Source: Herpetosiphon sp. NSE202
Lineage (GTDB): Bacteria; Chloroflexota; Chloroflexia; Chloroflexales; Herpetosiphonaceae
Reading direction: 5' to 3'
Assembly: GCF_042688385.1 (NCBI RefSeq)
Contig: NZ_JBHUPY010000007.1
Coordinates: 194,110 to 258,109 of the forward strand
Length of the DNA stretch: 64,000 nucleotides
Made by a program: the position numbers and the translations under genes. Positions 9,768 to 19,837 of the stretch are shown here, piece by piece. Below the pieces are notes generated by a model. It saw nothing but the letters and a program-made list of their open reading frames with translations. It was not told where the DNA came from and did not search any database. Every line of letters starts with the position of its first letter. Positions within the stretch are counted from its first letter, which is position 1.

Positions 9768-11015
9768 TTATGGAGTTGGGGTTGGTTGTTGCAAGGTTGG
9801 CGTAATGCCCGTGGTTGCAGTTGCCAACGGCCCAGTAGTCATAGGAGCTAAGGTTGTGGTTGGCTGGGTTGTTGGCATCAACGAAGGCACGGCCACCACA
9901 TTTTGGCCTGGCGTTGTCGTCGTATCAGGAAACAGCAAACTCATTGGGGGCAACTTGAAGAAATACAATATCCCTAAGAGCGCCGCCAACACGACCAACG
10001 AACCTAGAATGCCCCACCCCGATAAACCACCGCCTTCGGCCTTGGCCGCAGCGCGCGGCGCAGACGCAACAGGACGGGCATGAGCCTCGGCCATCGCTGG
10101 AGTCAAACGACCTGAAGCAGTCAGCGGCACGTGCTGTAGGGTTTCATCATCGTGCATCCCAACTACCGCCATAGGCTTGGTGCCAGTTGGCCCAGCAGGC
10201 AACTCAAATTCCTCAGTGATCGGGTCGGCACTGCGGGCTGGCGTATTCAGTGGCTGGTTTAATAATGTTTCCAGCAATGGATCATTAGCTTCAAGCTCAT
10301 CAAGCTCATCAACTTCAACCAACAAAGCGGTGATATTATCGTAACCGCCAACTCCATTGGCCAGATCGATCAGCTTTGGCACAATCTGATCGAATGGCAA
10401 CGTATTGATCGTACGTAAAATGGTTGCCTCATCAACGAAGCCATGCAAGCCGTCAGATGAGATCAAAAAGCGATCGCCAACCTGAACAGGCTCGCGAAAC
10501 ACATCAACTTGAACCTCGCGTTGATGCCCAACGGCGCGGGTAATGATGTTTTTGATCTTCGACTGTGACGCTTGTTCGCGGGTCATTAAGCCTGCGCGAA
10601 CTTGCTCTTCAACAAATGAGTGATCAACCGTAATTTGGCGCATCGAGTTATTGCGAATTAAATAGGCTCGACTATCGCCAACATTGGCTAGAAACGCTAC
10701 ATTTTTGAAAACCAGCAAGGCCACCGAGGTGGTTCCCATATTGCCACGGCCACGGTCAAACACAGCCTGATTCGCACTCACGATAGACGTAGTGAGGGCC
10801 TTGGGAATATCGGTTTGAACAACGTTCGGAAATGTTGCCAACATGGTTTGCACAGCCGTTTGACTGGCGACTTCGCCAGCTAAATGACCGCCCATGCCAT
10901 CGCAAACAACAAAAAGTTGGATTCCGTTTGGTAGCGGGTCGCCCACGCCATAGGCATCTTGGTTAACTTCGCGTGAACGCCCAATGTCGGTTTGTGCGCT
11001 GTGGCGTAGCTTCAT
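9768..11015 (-). CDS. PP2C-family Ser/Thr protein phosphatase with C-terminal TM anchor and Pro/Thr-rich tail
   Basis: MKLRHSAQTDIGRSREVNQDAY...CDGMGGH motifs. GGAG RBS. Hydrophobic helix followed by PTTQPTTTLAPMTT tail. Confidence 0.85.
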   Translation of the reverse strand: MKLRHSAQTDIGRSREVNQDAYGVGDPLPNGIQLFVVCDGMGGHLAGEVASQTAVQTMLATFPNVVQTDIPKALTTSIVSANQAVFDRGRGNMGTTSVALLVFKNVAFLANVGDSRAYLIRNNSMRQITVDHSFVEEQVRAGLMTREQASQSKIKNIITRAVGHQREVQVDVFREPVQVGDRFLISSDGLHGFVDEATILRTINTLPFDQIVPKLIDLANGVGGYDNITALLVEVDELDELEANDPLLETLLNQPLNTPARSADPITEEFELPAGPTGTKPMAVVGMHDDETLQHVPLTASGRLTPAMAEAHARPVASAPRAAAKAEGGGLSGWGILGSLVVLAALLGILYFFKLPPMSLLFPDTTTTPGQNVVAVPSLMPTTQPTTTLAPMTTGPLATATTGITPTLQQPTPTP

Positions 11016-11192
11016 CGATACTCCTGTCAATCCCGGGACGATTTACATCGTGAGTGTATCGGCGCGAGTATAGCATAGGCCGTACTATGCGGCAACAATT
11101 GATTCACGGCGTAAAATACATTTTGAGCTATTTTTGTTATTGTATTGATCATCTGGGTGAATGTCTATAGGCAGAAAGCCCAAAAAGCCCTG

Positions 11193-11201
11193 TGCTATAA
11201 T
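11193..11201 (+). promoter_or_regulatory. Extended -10 promoter element (TGcTATAAT) for the ROK kinase gene
   Basis: TGcTATAAT ~30 nt upstream of the start. Weak -35. Confidence 0.4.
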
Positions 11202-11242
11202 TGCGCAATTAAAGATCCGCATGAAAGGTATTGGTTTTTTGT

Positions 11243-12199
11243 ATGGCATTTGCAATCGGGATTGATCTCGGTGGCACCCATTTACGGGCTGCCTTAGTAG
11301 ACCGAGAAGGTGAAATTCTTGCCCATGAACGGATTCGGACTGAAGCCCACGAAGGTGCCGAGGCAGTGGTTGGTCGGATTACCCAATTAATTAACGCCAT
11401 GATCGCTGCGGCGAATGGTGAAACAATTGTCGGCGTTGGCATCGCCGCCCCAGGCCCGCTTAATCCTTTTACGGGCACGGTCATTACTATGCCCAATTTG
11501 CCAGGCTGGGAGAACTTTCCGATCCGCGAACGAATCGCAGCCCAAGTGCCCTTCCCTGTTGTGCTGGGCAACGATGCCAATCTCGCAGCAGTTGGCGAAT
11601 GGTTGTTCGGCGGCGGGCGAGGCATGCAAAATATGATCTATGTCACAATTAGCACTGGCGTTGGCGGCGGCGTTATTTGCGATGGCCGTTTGTTGCTTGG
11701 CTACAATGGCTTTGCCGCCGAAGTTGGCCACATGGTGCTCGATCCCCACGGCTTTGCTCCAGCTACGCCTACTCCCGCAGGCTCGTGGGAAGCCTTGGCA
11801 TCGGGCACGTTTTTGGCCTACCACGCTGCTGAAGCGATGCGCGCTGGCACAGAAACGGTGCTTAATCAATTAACCACCCCCGATGCAGTGACGACCCATC
11901 ATTTGGATCTTGCGGCCCAACAAGGCGACGAGTTGGCAATTCGCTTGATCGAAAACGCTGGTTTTTGGTCGGGCATCGCCTTTGTCAACCTGTTGCATAT
12001 GTTCAGCCCTGAGGCAATTTTCGTGGGTGGCGGGGTCTCCAACTTAGGCGATCGCCTGCTCAACCCAGCCCGAGCCGAAATTAGCAAACGCGCCTTGCCT
12101 GGCTATCGCAATGTGCCAATTCATCAAACCAAAATGGGCGATAACCTTGGCGTGCTCGGTGCCGCCGCCTATGCATTTAGCTCAGTCGAATTCGCCTAG
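11243..12199 (+). CDS. ROK-family glucokinase/sugar kinase
   Basis: MAFAIGIDLGGTHLRAALVD N-terminus. ROK Cys/His region. Gly-rich ATP motifs. Confidence 0.8.
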   Translation: MAFAIGIDLGGTHLRAALVDREGEILAHERIRTEAHEGAEAVVGRITQLINAMIAAANGETIVGVGIAAPGPLNPFTGTVITMPNLPGWENFPIRERIAAQVPFPVVLGNDANLAAVGEWLFGGGRGMQNMIYVTISTGVGGGVICDGRLLLGYNGFAAEVGHMVLDPHGFAPATPTPAGSWEALASGTFLAYHAAEAMRAGTETVLNQLTTPDAVTTHHLDLAAQQGDELAIRLIENAGFWSGIAFVNLLHMFSPEAIFVGGGVSNLGDRLLNPARAEISKRALPGYRNVPIHQTKMGDNLGVLGAAAYAFSSVEFA

Positions 12200-12316
12200 T
12201 TCTCTGGCAAGCCGCTCGGTTCCAAAGCATCCCGCTAACGCGTCTTTGGGTCTTGGCGGCTTGGCGTTTTTAGCACAAAGGATTTCAGCATGTCGCTCAG
12301 GATTCGCCGCAGTGAA

Positions 12317-13186
12317 ATGACCTGCCCAGCGCATAGCCTCGCCATGATCAGCAAAGCCGCTGTTTCTGAGGCCGATGAGGTCATTATCGATTTGGAAGAT
12401 GCGTGTGCAGTTTCACAAAAAATTGCTGCCCGCGCTACGGTCATTCAGGCCTTGCAAACGCTTGATTTTGGTCAAAAGCTGGTGGCGGTGCGGCCAAACG
12501 CCGTCCAAACTCATTATCACTATCGCGATGTGGTTGAAATTGTCGAGGCTGCTGGTGATAAAATCGACGTGCTGGTGATTCCAAAAATCGAAACTGCTGA
12601 TGATGTGCGCTTTGTTGATCGTTTGCTGAGCCAAATCGAAGCCAATATTGGCCTTGCGGTTGGTTCGATTAAACTCGAAGTATTAATTGAAGGCACGCGG
12701 GCGTTGCAAGCGGTTGAGCACATTGCCAATGCTTCGCCGCGTTTGGAAAGCCTGATTTTTGGTTTGGCCGATTATGCAGGCGATTTGGGCGCACGTTCTG
12801 CTGACGATCAATGGGGCATGTTTGCCTACCCCAAGCACAAAATGCTGGTTGCTGCCAAAGCGGCTGGGCTGGCGGCGATTGATAATGTAACGTTTGCCTT
12901 CCGCGATTCTGAGGCTTGTCAACGCGATGCTAAGCGGGCCGCTGCGATGGGCTTCGATGGCAAATGGGCAATTCATCCAGCCCAAGTGCCAATCATCAAC
13001 CAAGCCTTTTTGCCAACTGCCGCCGAAATCGCCGAGGCCCAACGCTTAATCAACGCCTATGCCGCCGCCGATCAAGATGCAGGGTTGGGCGCAATTGCAA
13101 TTGATGATCAGATGATCGATGCGGCAAGTTTGCGGGTGCATGCCAAAAAATTAGCCCTCGCCCAACGCGCAGGGTTAGTGGAATAG
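12317..13186 (+). CDS. HpcH/HpaI aldolase / citrate lyase beta-subunit (CitE)-like lyase
   Basis: VIIDLEDAC, MGFDGKWAIHPAQV motifs typical of CitE/malyl-CoA lyase family. Confidence 0.75.
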   Translation: MTCPAHSLAMISKAAVSEADEVIIDLEDACAVSQKIAARATVIQALQTLDFGQKLVAVRPNAVQTHYHYRDVVEIVEAAGDKIDVLVIPKIETADDVRFVDRLLSQIEANIGLAVGSIKLEVLIEGTRALQAVEHIANASPRLESLIFGLADYAGDLGARSADDQWGMFAYPKHKMLVAAKAAGLAAIDNVTFAFRDSEACQRDAKRAAAMGFDGKWAIHPAQVPIINQAFLPTAAEIAEAQRLINAYAAADQDAGLGAIAIDDQMIDAASLRVHAKKLALAQRAGLVE

Positions 13187-13203
13187 TTCAGAATGATGGT
13201 GAT

Positions 13204-13338
13204 TCCCTCACCCCCCAGACCCCTCGCCTACTGAACGCGGGCGAGGGGGAGCAGCCGTGGTTCACCAAGGAATTGGGAGAGAACCACAGGATTAAAGCCC
13301 CTCTCCCGTTGGGCGGGAGAGGGGTTGGGGTGAGGGGA
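13204..13338. repeat. Two copies, in opposite orientation, of GC-rich palindromic interspersed repeat (REP/MITE-like family)
   Basis: 13204-13249 TCCCTCACCCCCCAGACCCCTCGCC...GCGGGCGAGGGGG. 13297-13338 is the inverse copy. Each forms a CCCTC(T/G)CCCG/CGGG(A/C)GAGGG hairpin. Confidence 0.8.
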
Positions 13339-13438
13339 ACGGATCTCACTAGCCATAACTCAATCAATTTCGTGCCTCATGATATACTGTGAGCAGACTG
13401 ACATTGCAAGCCCTCACACATAGGACATAAAAAACACA

Positions 13439-15241
13439 ATGGCTGAACAGACGCACATTCGCAACTTTAGCATTATCGCCCACGTCGATCATGGCAAAAC
13501 TACCCTCTCGGATCGCCTGTTGGAAGTGACCCAAACTCTTTCATCACGCGAGATGCGTGCCCAAACCCTTGATGCCATGGATTTGGAACGCGAAAAGGGC
13601 ATCACAATCAAGATGCACCCCGTCCGGCTAGAATATACTGCCAAGGATGGTCAACAATATGCCTTGCATATGATCGACTGCCCTGGTCACGTTGACTTTA
13701 GCTACGAAGTTTCACGCTCGTTGCAAGCCTGTGAAGGCGCATTGTTGATCGTTGATGCTTCGCAAGGCATCGAAGCCCAAACCTTGGCCAATGTCTACTT
13801 GGCGCTCGAAAACAATCTCGAAATTATTCCAATCTTGAATAAAATCGATTTGCCTGGGGCCGAGGTTGAGCGGGTTTCCGAGGAAGTCGAGCATGTGCTG
13901 GGCTTGCCACGCGAAGAGATTATTTTGGCTTCGGGCAAGGAAGGCACCGGCGTGCCCGAAATTCTCGAAGCAATTGTCGCCCGCATTCCACCACCAAAAG
14001 GGAAGAACGAAGCCCCAGCCCGCGCGTTGATTTTCGATTCGCAATATAACGCCTATAAAGGGGTGATTGCCTATATTCGGGTCGTCGATGGCACGATTCG
14101 CACTGGCGATAAATTGCGCTTGATGGGCACCGACGTGCTGACCGAAGCGATGGAAATTGGCTTCTTCCGGCCCGGCATGGTTGCTGGACAATCGCTCAGC
14201 GCTGGCGAGGTAGGCTACATCGCGACGGGCTTGAAGTCGGTGCGCGATTGCCAAGTTGGCGATACGATCACTCTAATTGATAACCCTGCAACGGAAACCT
14301 TGGCTCCCTACGAACCAGCCAAACCAATGGTCTTTGCTGGTTTGTATCCCGTTGATTCAGGCGATTACACCTTGCTGCGCGATGCGCTCGATAAATTACG
14401 CCTGAACGATGCAGCGCTTTCCTTCGAGCCAGAAACCTCAGCCGCCTTGGGCTTTGGCTTTCGGGCTGGCTTCTTGGGCTTGCTGCACATGGAAATTGTT
14501 CAAGAACGATTGGAACGCGAATACAACATCGACTTGTTGATCACCGCGCCAAGCGTGGAATATCAAGTGTTGACCCATGCTGGCGAGATTTTGATCATCG
14601 ATAATCCGTCGGAATTGCCCGATGTTGGCATGATCGATCAAATCGAAGAGCCAATGATGGCGATCAGCATTATCGTACCAACCCGCTATATCGGCGTGGT
14701 GATGGAATTGGTCACTGGCAAGCGTGGCGTGTTCCAAAGCATGGATTATCTCGATAAAGAGCGGGTGGTGCTGAAGTACGAAATTCCACTTTCTGAAATT
14801 GTGGTCGATTTCTACGATTCGCTCAAATCGCGCACCCAAGGCTATGCCTCGTTGGATTATCATCTGAGCAGCTATCGCACTTCCGATTTGGTGAAGCTCG
14901 ACGTATTGGTCAATGGCACGCCAGTCGATGCGCTTTCGATGATCACCCACCGCGATAATGCCTATCGCCAAGGCCGCCAATTGGTCGAAAAGCTACAAAA
15001 GCTGATTCCACGCCAAATGTTTGAAGTGCCAATTCAAGCAGCAGTTGGCTCACGGGTCATCGCCCGCGAAACCATTCGCGCAATGCGCAAAGACGTGTTG
15101 TCGAAATGTTATGGTGGCGACATCAGCCGCAAGCGCAAGCTCTTGGAAAAGCAAAAAGAAGGCAAGAAGCGCATGAAGATGGTCGGCAACGTCGAAATTC
15201 CGCAAGATGCCTTTATGGCGGTCTTAAAGCTCGACAGCTAG
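13439..15241 (+). CDS. lepA: Elongation factor 4 (LepA)
   Basis: Full-length match to the LepA pattern: [32 protein letters not shown]-terminal LepA-specific domain. Confidence 0.95.
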   Translation: MAEQTHIRNFSIIAHVDHGKTTLSDRLLEVTQTLSSREMRAQTLDAMDLEREKGITIKMHPVRLEYTAKDGQQYALHMIDCPGHVDFSYEVSRSLQACEGALLIVDASQGIEAQTLANVYLALENNLEIIPILNKIDLPGAEVERVSEEVEHVLGLPREEIILASGKEGTGVPEILEAIVARIPPPKGKNEAPARALIFDSQYNAYKGVIAYIRVVDGTIRTGDKLRLMGTDVLTEAMEIGFFRPGMVAGQSLSAGEVGYIATGLKSVRDCQVGDTITLIDNPATETLAPYEPAKPMVFAGLYPVDSGDYTLLRDALDKLRLNDAALSFEPETSAALGFGFRAGFLGLLHMEIVQERLEREYNIDLLITAPSVEYQVLTHAGEILIIDNPSELPDVGMIDQIEEPMMAISIIVPTRYIGVVMELVTGKRGVFQSMDYLDKERVVLKYEIPLSEIVVDFYDSLKSRTQGYASLDYHLSSYRTSDLVKLDVLVNGTPVDALSMITHRDNAYRQGRQLVEKLQKLIPRQMFEVPIQAAVGSRVIARETIRAMRKDVLSKCYGGDISRKRKLLEKQKEGKKRMKMVGNVEIPQDAFMAVLKLDS

Positions 15242-15250
15242 GCCTGAGAT

Positions 15251-15505
15251 TCCCTCACCCCTCTCCCGTTGGACGGGCGAGGGGATTTTTCGTTCGGTGG
15301 TAAAGATCCCCTCTCCCCAGCCCCCTCGCCCGTGACGCGGGCGAGGGGCTTTAAGCCTGTGGTTTTGCATGATTTGTGGTAAACATTGGTGCTCCCCCTC
15401 GCCCGCGTTTTCGTGGAAGAGGGGGCTGGGGGGTGAGGGAACGCTCCACTGCCGACCAATCGCTCAAAACCGACCCTTAAAAGGAGCGGGCTGGGGGTGA
15501 GGGAA
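15251..15505. repeat. Cluster of 4-5 REP-like palindromic elements (same family) in the lepA 3' region
   Basis: Copies at ~15251-15285, 15307-15349, 15392-15441 (inverted), 15488-15505 (partial). Confidence 0.8.
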
Positions 15506-15519
15506 TACGAAAACAGCAA

Positions 15520-15552
15520 CTCCACACGCATCAAAACGTGTGGAGTTTTTTT
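15520..15552 (+). terminator. Rho-independent terminator downstream of lepA/REP cluster
   Basis: Stem CTCCACACG/CGTGTGGAG, loop CATCAAAA, then TTTTTTT. Confidence 0.7.
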
Positions 15553-15632
15553 GTGCCTGTGATACTTTGGCATGTTATTGGTATTAACTTACGAACGTTC
15601 ATTGAGAATCGAACCTAGCGCGAGGTAGCCTC

Positions 15633-16184
15633 ATGACCAATGAGCAGGAGTTAAGTTTTGACCAACTCTATACCACCCATTTCAAAGCAATTTACAACTA
15701 TGTGTACTACCGAGTGCATAACAACGCCGTTGCCGATGATCTGACGGCGCAGATTTTTGAGCGTGCATTGCGCCATTTTGACCAATATCAACCAGCCAAA
15801 GCGCCATTTGTGGTTTGGTTGTTTACCATCGCGCGGCGGGTTGTGCAATCGTATATGCGTCGTCAACGCTTAATCCAATGGTTGCCGCTCGATAGCTTTC
15901 GCGAATCGCACAACCAGCACAACCCAGAAACTGTTGTGTTGGCCCAAATCGAACAGCAAGCCTTATTGACGGCGCTGCGAGGGCTGAGCCAACGCGAACA
16001 AGAGATCATCACGCTTAAGTTTGTGGCTAGGCTAACCAATCGTCAGATTGCCCAAATTAGCAGCTTAAGCGAATCGAATGTTGGCACAATCGCCGCCCGC
16101 AGCTTGCTCAAATTACGCCGTTCACTCAGCCAGTCGCAAGGAGAAACCAATGTCGAAACAACAACCCCAACCTGGTCGCACTGA
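15633..16184 (+). CDS. ECF-type RNA polymerase sigma-70 factor
   Basis: Region 2 (FERALRHFDQY...VVWLFTIARR) and region 4 HTH (LSQREQEIITLKFVARLTNRQIAQ). Confidence 0.8.
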   Translation: MTNEQELSFDQLYTTHFKAIYNYVYYRVHNNAVADDLTAQIFERALRHFDQYQPAKAPFVVWLFTIARRVVQSYMRRQRLIQWLPLDSFRESHNQHNPETVVLAQIEQQALLTALRGLSQREQEIITLKFVARLTNRQIAQISSLSESNVGTIAARSLLKLRRSLSQSQGETNVETTTPTWSH

Positions 16185-16974
16185 TCGCGGCTTGATCGCC
16201 GAAGAAACTGTGCTGAGGCTCTTGAGCGAAAGCGACCCTTCGGCTCAGAGTTCGCTCTATCAGCCGCTTCGCCAACGTTTATTCCAACAAAAAACATATA
16301 AGGAGATTAAACCAATGCGGACACCACGTTTTGCTTTGCTGTTTGGCTTGGCGTTGGTCGCGCTGCTGGCGCTAACGCCAGTTCGCAGCAGTTTGGCCGC
16401 AGTTTTACAACAATTTGGCTTGATTCGGGTCACTGATCAGGCAACTTCAGGCCAACAATTCCAAGGCCAGCAACTGCCTGCCTATGATCCAAGTTTGCCT
16501 GAACCAACCAGCGTGCCAGCACCAAGCATCGCAAGCATCGAAAGCCTTTCAAGCCAACTTGGCAGCCATGTGTATGCTGCAAGCACTGTGCCAGCTGGCT
16601 ATCAACTTTTGGAGCGCCACATGAACGTTGGCAGCATCGGTTCGACCGTGATTAGCTATTATGCGAATCAACAAGATACGACCAATGCCGATCAGGCAAT
16701 GATCAGCCTGAGCCAAACCCACCAAACTCAAGCCAATGCCCAAGCCTACGATTTTGCGGTTGGTTCAGCTGCTAGCACACCAGTGCAAGTGCGCGGCGTT
16801 AGCGGCCTCTGGATTGAACAAGCACCATTGTTGTTGGCCGACGATGGGACTGGTCATTTCACAACTGTCGGAGTCAATGTATTGGTTTGGAGCGACGGCG
16901 CTAATAGCTTCAAACTCGAAAGCAATCGTTTGGACTTAGCAGCAATGAAAGCTTTCGCTGAATCACTCCAATAA
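16150..16974 (+). CDS. Putative anti-sigma factor / single-pass membrane protein
   Basis: Overlaps the sigma gene 3' end by 35 nt. Single TM (FALLFGLALVALLALTPV). RBS AAGGAG upstream of the Met at 16150. Confidence 0.45.
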   Translation: MSKQQPQPGRTDRGLIAEETVLRLLSESDPSAQSSLYQPLRQRLFQQKTYKEIKPMRTPRFALLFGLALVALLALTPVRSSLAAVLQQFGLIRVTDQATSGQQFQGQQLPAYDPSLPEPTSVPAPSIASIESLSSQLGSHVYAASTVPAGYQLLERHMNVGSIGSTVISYYANQQDTTNADQAMISLSQTHQTQANAQAYDFAVGSAASTPVQVRGVSGLWIEQAPLLLADDGTGHFTTVGVNVLVWSDGANSFKLESNRLDLAAMKAFAESLQ

Positions 16975-16993
16975 ATCGAACATCCCTATAATT

Positions 16994-17030
16994 CAAGCCC
17001 AACCCAAATGCAGATTTTGGGTTGGGCTTG
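16994..17030. terminator. Hairpin between convergent genes (15-bp stem)
   Basis: CAAGCCCAACCCAAA-loop-TTTGGGTTGGGCTTG. Weak U-tract. Confidence 0.45.
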
Positions 17031-17041
17031 AAATTTAAAGG

Positions 17042-17506
17042 CTAGATTCGCGCCGCAGGTGACCGACGACGTTGGATAAATCCCGCCAAAATTGGCGTGC
17101 CAACGCCAAGTGCGGCAATCCACAGCGCTTTGTACAGCACTGGCAAGAAACTAGTGGGGAAATTGCTTGGCACATCGCCAATCAACACCAACATGCCGAG
17201 CGTTACCGCAACGCCCACGATATAAATGAGCAGCAGCTGCCACCAAGCAACATGGCCTGTTGCCTGATGCCGCTGCCATGTCGTTGCTAAAATTCGCCCT
17301 AATTGATCAGCGCTGCCAAATTGATCCAGCGCAGTTGTCACCGCCGTCGCCTGATCAGCACCTTGCTGCATTGCTTGATCAACCAACGCCTCAAGATGGC
17401 TGCGAAGCTCACGAATTTCATCTGTGCGCTGAGCGGCAGGCAAGTTGGAAAATTCGGCAGCCACGGTTTTCAAATAACGTTCAATTCGATCAGATGCTGG
17501 GGTCAT
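17042..17506 (-). CDS. DUF1700-like membrane protein (partner of PadR)
   Basis: N-terminal helical domain plus C-terminal TM helices. Overlaps the PadR gene stop. Classic PadR-DUF1700 pair. Confidence 0.45.
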   Translation of the reverse strand: MTPASDRIERYLKTVAAEFSNLPAAQRTDEIRELRSHLEALVDQAMQQGADQATAVTTALDQFGSADQLGRILATTWQRHQATGHVAWWQLLLIYIVGVAVTLGMLVLIGDVPSNFPTSFLPVLYKALWIAALGVGTPILAGFIQRRRSPAARI

Positions 17507-17837
17507 AGCTCAGTCTCCGTTTGCCCATCAGGGCTTCAATTGCCGTAGCATAGCGTCGCCATGCAGCAATGCGAGTTTCCAACTCGGCCAAACCGGCAGC
17601 GGTCAAATGATAGACTTTGCGCGCAGGCCCTTGGGCTTGAATTTCCCACGAGCTGGTCACCCATTCGGAGTTTTCCAGCGTGCGTAACGCAGGGTAGAGC
17701 GAGCCTTCACGCATACGCAAAACCTGATCACTATCGCGCTCAATCGCCCGCGCAATTGCATAGCCATGCAACGGGCCATGGGTCAAAACACTGAGAATTA
17801 AGGTGGGCAAATCACCCCGAGTTAAGTCAACACTCAT
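17490..17837 (-). CDS. PadR-family transcriptional regulator
   Basis: LILSVLTHGPLHGYAIARAIE...GSLYPALRTLE winged-helix signature. GGAGGTG RBS. Confidence 0.8.
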   Translation of the reverse strand: MSVDLTRGDLPTLILSVLTHGPLHGYAIARAIERDSDQVLRMREGSLYPALRTLENSEWVTSSWEIQAQGPARKVYHLTAAGLAELETRIAAWRRYATAIEALMGKRRLSYDPSI

Positions 17838-17955
17838 TGCACCTCCCATATAGCAACTGGCTAGGAGTATACATAGATTCAAGATGTATGTCAATATGTA
17901 ACTTATATAGATAAATTAGCTCCTAGCTCCTAGCAATGCAAGCACTAACCTCGTG

Positions 17956-18567
17956 CTAGTCATCGATCATTGCGCTGCGTGATGGAGTATGATCGCTATG
18001 AGCTACCAAGCGATCGTATTTACGCATGGCAAAATTAATCATCAGATAGCCAAGTAGTACACCGATTGCATTCATTAACACATCATCAATGTGGGTAATT
18101 CGAAATTGATAGCCAAAGATTAACCCAGTCACTAGCTGAATTGTTTCTGTACTAAAGCCAACCAGCAGCGCAATAGCAAACACGCTTTGGATGCGGAGCT
18201 TTTTGAATAAGCGTAAAAATATCCCAAACGGAATGGTAAGAATTATGTTGAGGAGATACGATTTGAGTAATCTTAAGACATCATCATGTTCATCAAACAC
18301 AAAATATTGTTGCTTAAAGGGAATCAGATAGATAGCTTCGCGATAAGGATAATTTTTGATAGTATTCCAAAGTGATATACCATGATAATTTATTGGTAAA
18401 CAGATTTGGGCAATTAACCCAAAAATATAGACTATGAAAAGACAATACAGCATTACTTTATATCTAGGTTTATCGTTTTTCAGCATCCATAATGCTAAGG
18501 GGATAATAATAATCAGCGAATAGCCAAGAAATGCTAATGTTTGGCGTAGCATATCGTATGCATCATC
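17956..18567 (-). CDS. VanZ-like family membrane protein
   Basis: Four TM helices. C-terminal motif FSTETIQLVTGLIFGYQFRITHIDDVLMNAIGVLLGY matches the VanZ signature E..Q....R..D..D..N..G..G. AT-rich gene. Confidence 0.5.
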   Translation of the reverse strand, partial: DDAYDMLRQTLAFLGYSLIIIIPLALWMLKNDKPRYKVMLYCLFIVYIFGLIAQICLPINYHGISLWNTIKNYPYREAIYLIPFKQQYFVFDEHDDVLRLLKSYLLNIILTIPFGIFLRLFKKLRIQSVFAIALLVGFSTETIQLVTGLIFGYQFRITHIDDVLMNAIGVLLGYLMINFAMRKYDRLVAHSDHTPSRSAMIDD

Positions 18568-18661
18568 CATGCTAAAACAGTCGAGTTCATAACTCTGTGC
18601 AAGATCATTGAGGCTGAGTGGAGTTGAGCAATCTATGCGTGCAGGAATGGGAAGAAGAAGA

Positions 18662-19438
18662 CTAAATTGCGGCAGTTGCAAGCTCGCTGATGCTTAAATT
18701 GCGAATTTCTAAGGCTTGGGCTTGGTGGGCCAGCACGCCGCCACGCACAATCCCGCGCGGTGAAACCTGAGCATATTGGTTATCGAGCCAGAGAATCAAG
18801 CCTAATTTGCTGGTTGGCAGATTGTGTGTTTTGAGCACCAATTGCTGATCCAGCCAAAATTCGACCCGATCGGCATACCAATCGATTTGATAGTGTTGCC
18901 AAGCATTCCATTTGAGCTGAATCGGCTGGCTGCGCACGCCCAAGGCCAATTGCAGCAAGGGCAAGCAACAGCGTTGGCGCAACCAGCTATTTTGGCTGAG
19001 CAAAACGGCCAAGGGAGCAAGTGGTAACAAAGCCAAACACAGCGCCAAACGCGGCACAAAACTCATCGCGAGCCAGCCATTGCTCGCACCATTAGCAGTT
19101 AATTCAAGTTTGCTGGCCGCGCTTGCATAGAAAAACCACAACGCTTGAGGCAAACGCAAACGCCGCAAGCCAGTGCCAGCAGGATCATTCCACCAACCAA
19201 AGCCTGCGGTACCCACAAAATGCTCAGGATCACCACAAAACTGGGCTTCAAGGTGCAAGCGAACTGGCGCATGCCAACATAAATCGCCAGCAACATAATC
19301 ATCCAATTGCGCATCGCTATAAACTATGCGATCATGCTTGGTAAGGGCTAAGCGCACTCCAGCAGCAAGCGGCTGAATCTCAGCATTGTTGGGTGTCCAA
19401 GCATGCCAGCGCCGCCCCCAAAACGAGCGAAACGTCAT
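18662..19438 (-). CDS. Hypothetical protein. Start uncertain: an internal signal-peptide-like Met (MSFVPRLALCLALLPLAPLAVLL) could be the true start.
   Basis: Long ORF with beta-rich composition (GFGWWNDP, WLDNQYA). Confidence 0.35.
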   Translation of the reverse strand: MTFRSFWGRRWHAWTPNNAEIQPLAAGVRLALTKHDRIVYSDAQLDDYVAGDLCWHAPVRLHLEAQFCGDPEHFVGTAGFGWWNDPAGTGLRRLRLPQALWFFYASAASKLELTANGASNGWLAMSFVPRLALCLALLPLAPLAVLLSQNSWLRQRCCLPLLQLALGVRSQPIQLKWNAWQHYQIDWYADRVEFWLDQQLVLKTHNLPTSKLGLILWLDNQYAQVSPRGIVRGGVLAHQAQALEIRNLSISELATAAI

Positions 19439-19450
19439 TAGGAGACTCCT

Positions 19451-19837
19451 ATGTCGCAAGCATTGTTAATTTTTGATGGAACCTGCGATTTTTGCACCCG
19501 CGCCGCCCGTTGGATCAAAAAACTCGATCGCCAGCAACGAATTCGGATTGAGCCATTTCAAAAAGCTGGCATTCCCGAATCGGTTGGCTTAACCTATGCC
19601 CAATGCGAGCAAGCAGCATGGCTGCAAACCAGTGATGGTATATTGTGGCGCGGAGCTGGGTCGGTTAATGCGGCGCTGAGCATTGCCACAGGCAAGCGTT
19701 TGCCATTGATTTTGTACCAAATGTGGGGCATCCGCCAGATTCAAGATAGCGTCTACAAACTGATTGTCAAATATCGCCATCGGATTCCAGGCGATACCCC
19801 GCATTGCCAACAGTTTCCCGCCGATTGCGCGCGCTAA
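19451..19837 (+). CDS. DCC-family thiol-disulfide oxidoreductase (DUF393)
   Basis: MSQALLIFDGTCDFCTRAARWI, the diagnostic CxxC N-terminus of the DCC family. GGAG RBS. Confidence 0.75.
   Translation: MSQALLIFDGTCDFCTRAARWIKKLDRQQRIRIEPFQKAGIPESVGLTYAQCEQAAWLQTSDGILWRGAGSVNAALSIATGKRLPLILYQMWGIRQIQDSVYKLIVKYRHRIPGDTPHCQQFPADCAR

Noticed and set aside
9742-10083. Plus-strand 113-aa ORF overlapping the PP2C gene
   Set aside because: Antisense shadow ORF of the PP2C Pro/Thr-rich tail region.
12290-13186. Malyl-CoA lyase of the 3-hydroxypropionate bicycle
   Set aside because: Family membership (CitE/HpcH) is clear, but no other 3-HP-cycle genes are nearby. A generic CitE-like lyase is the safer call.
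13340-13438. lepA promoter (TATACT at ~13392)
   Set aside because: -10-like hexamer present but no credible -35 or extended -10. Too weak to report as a feature.
13712-14980. Two 180-aa minus-strand ORFs inside lepA
   Set aside because: Antisense to a highly conserved gene. Spurious.
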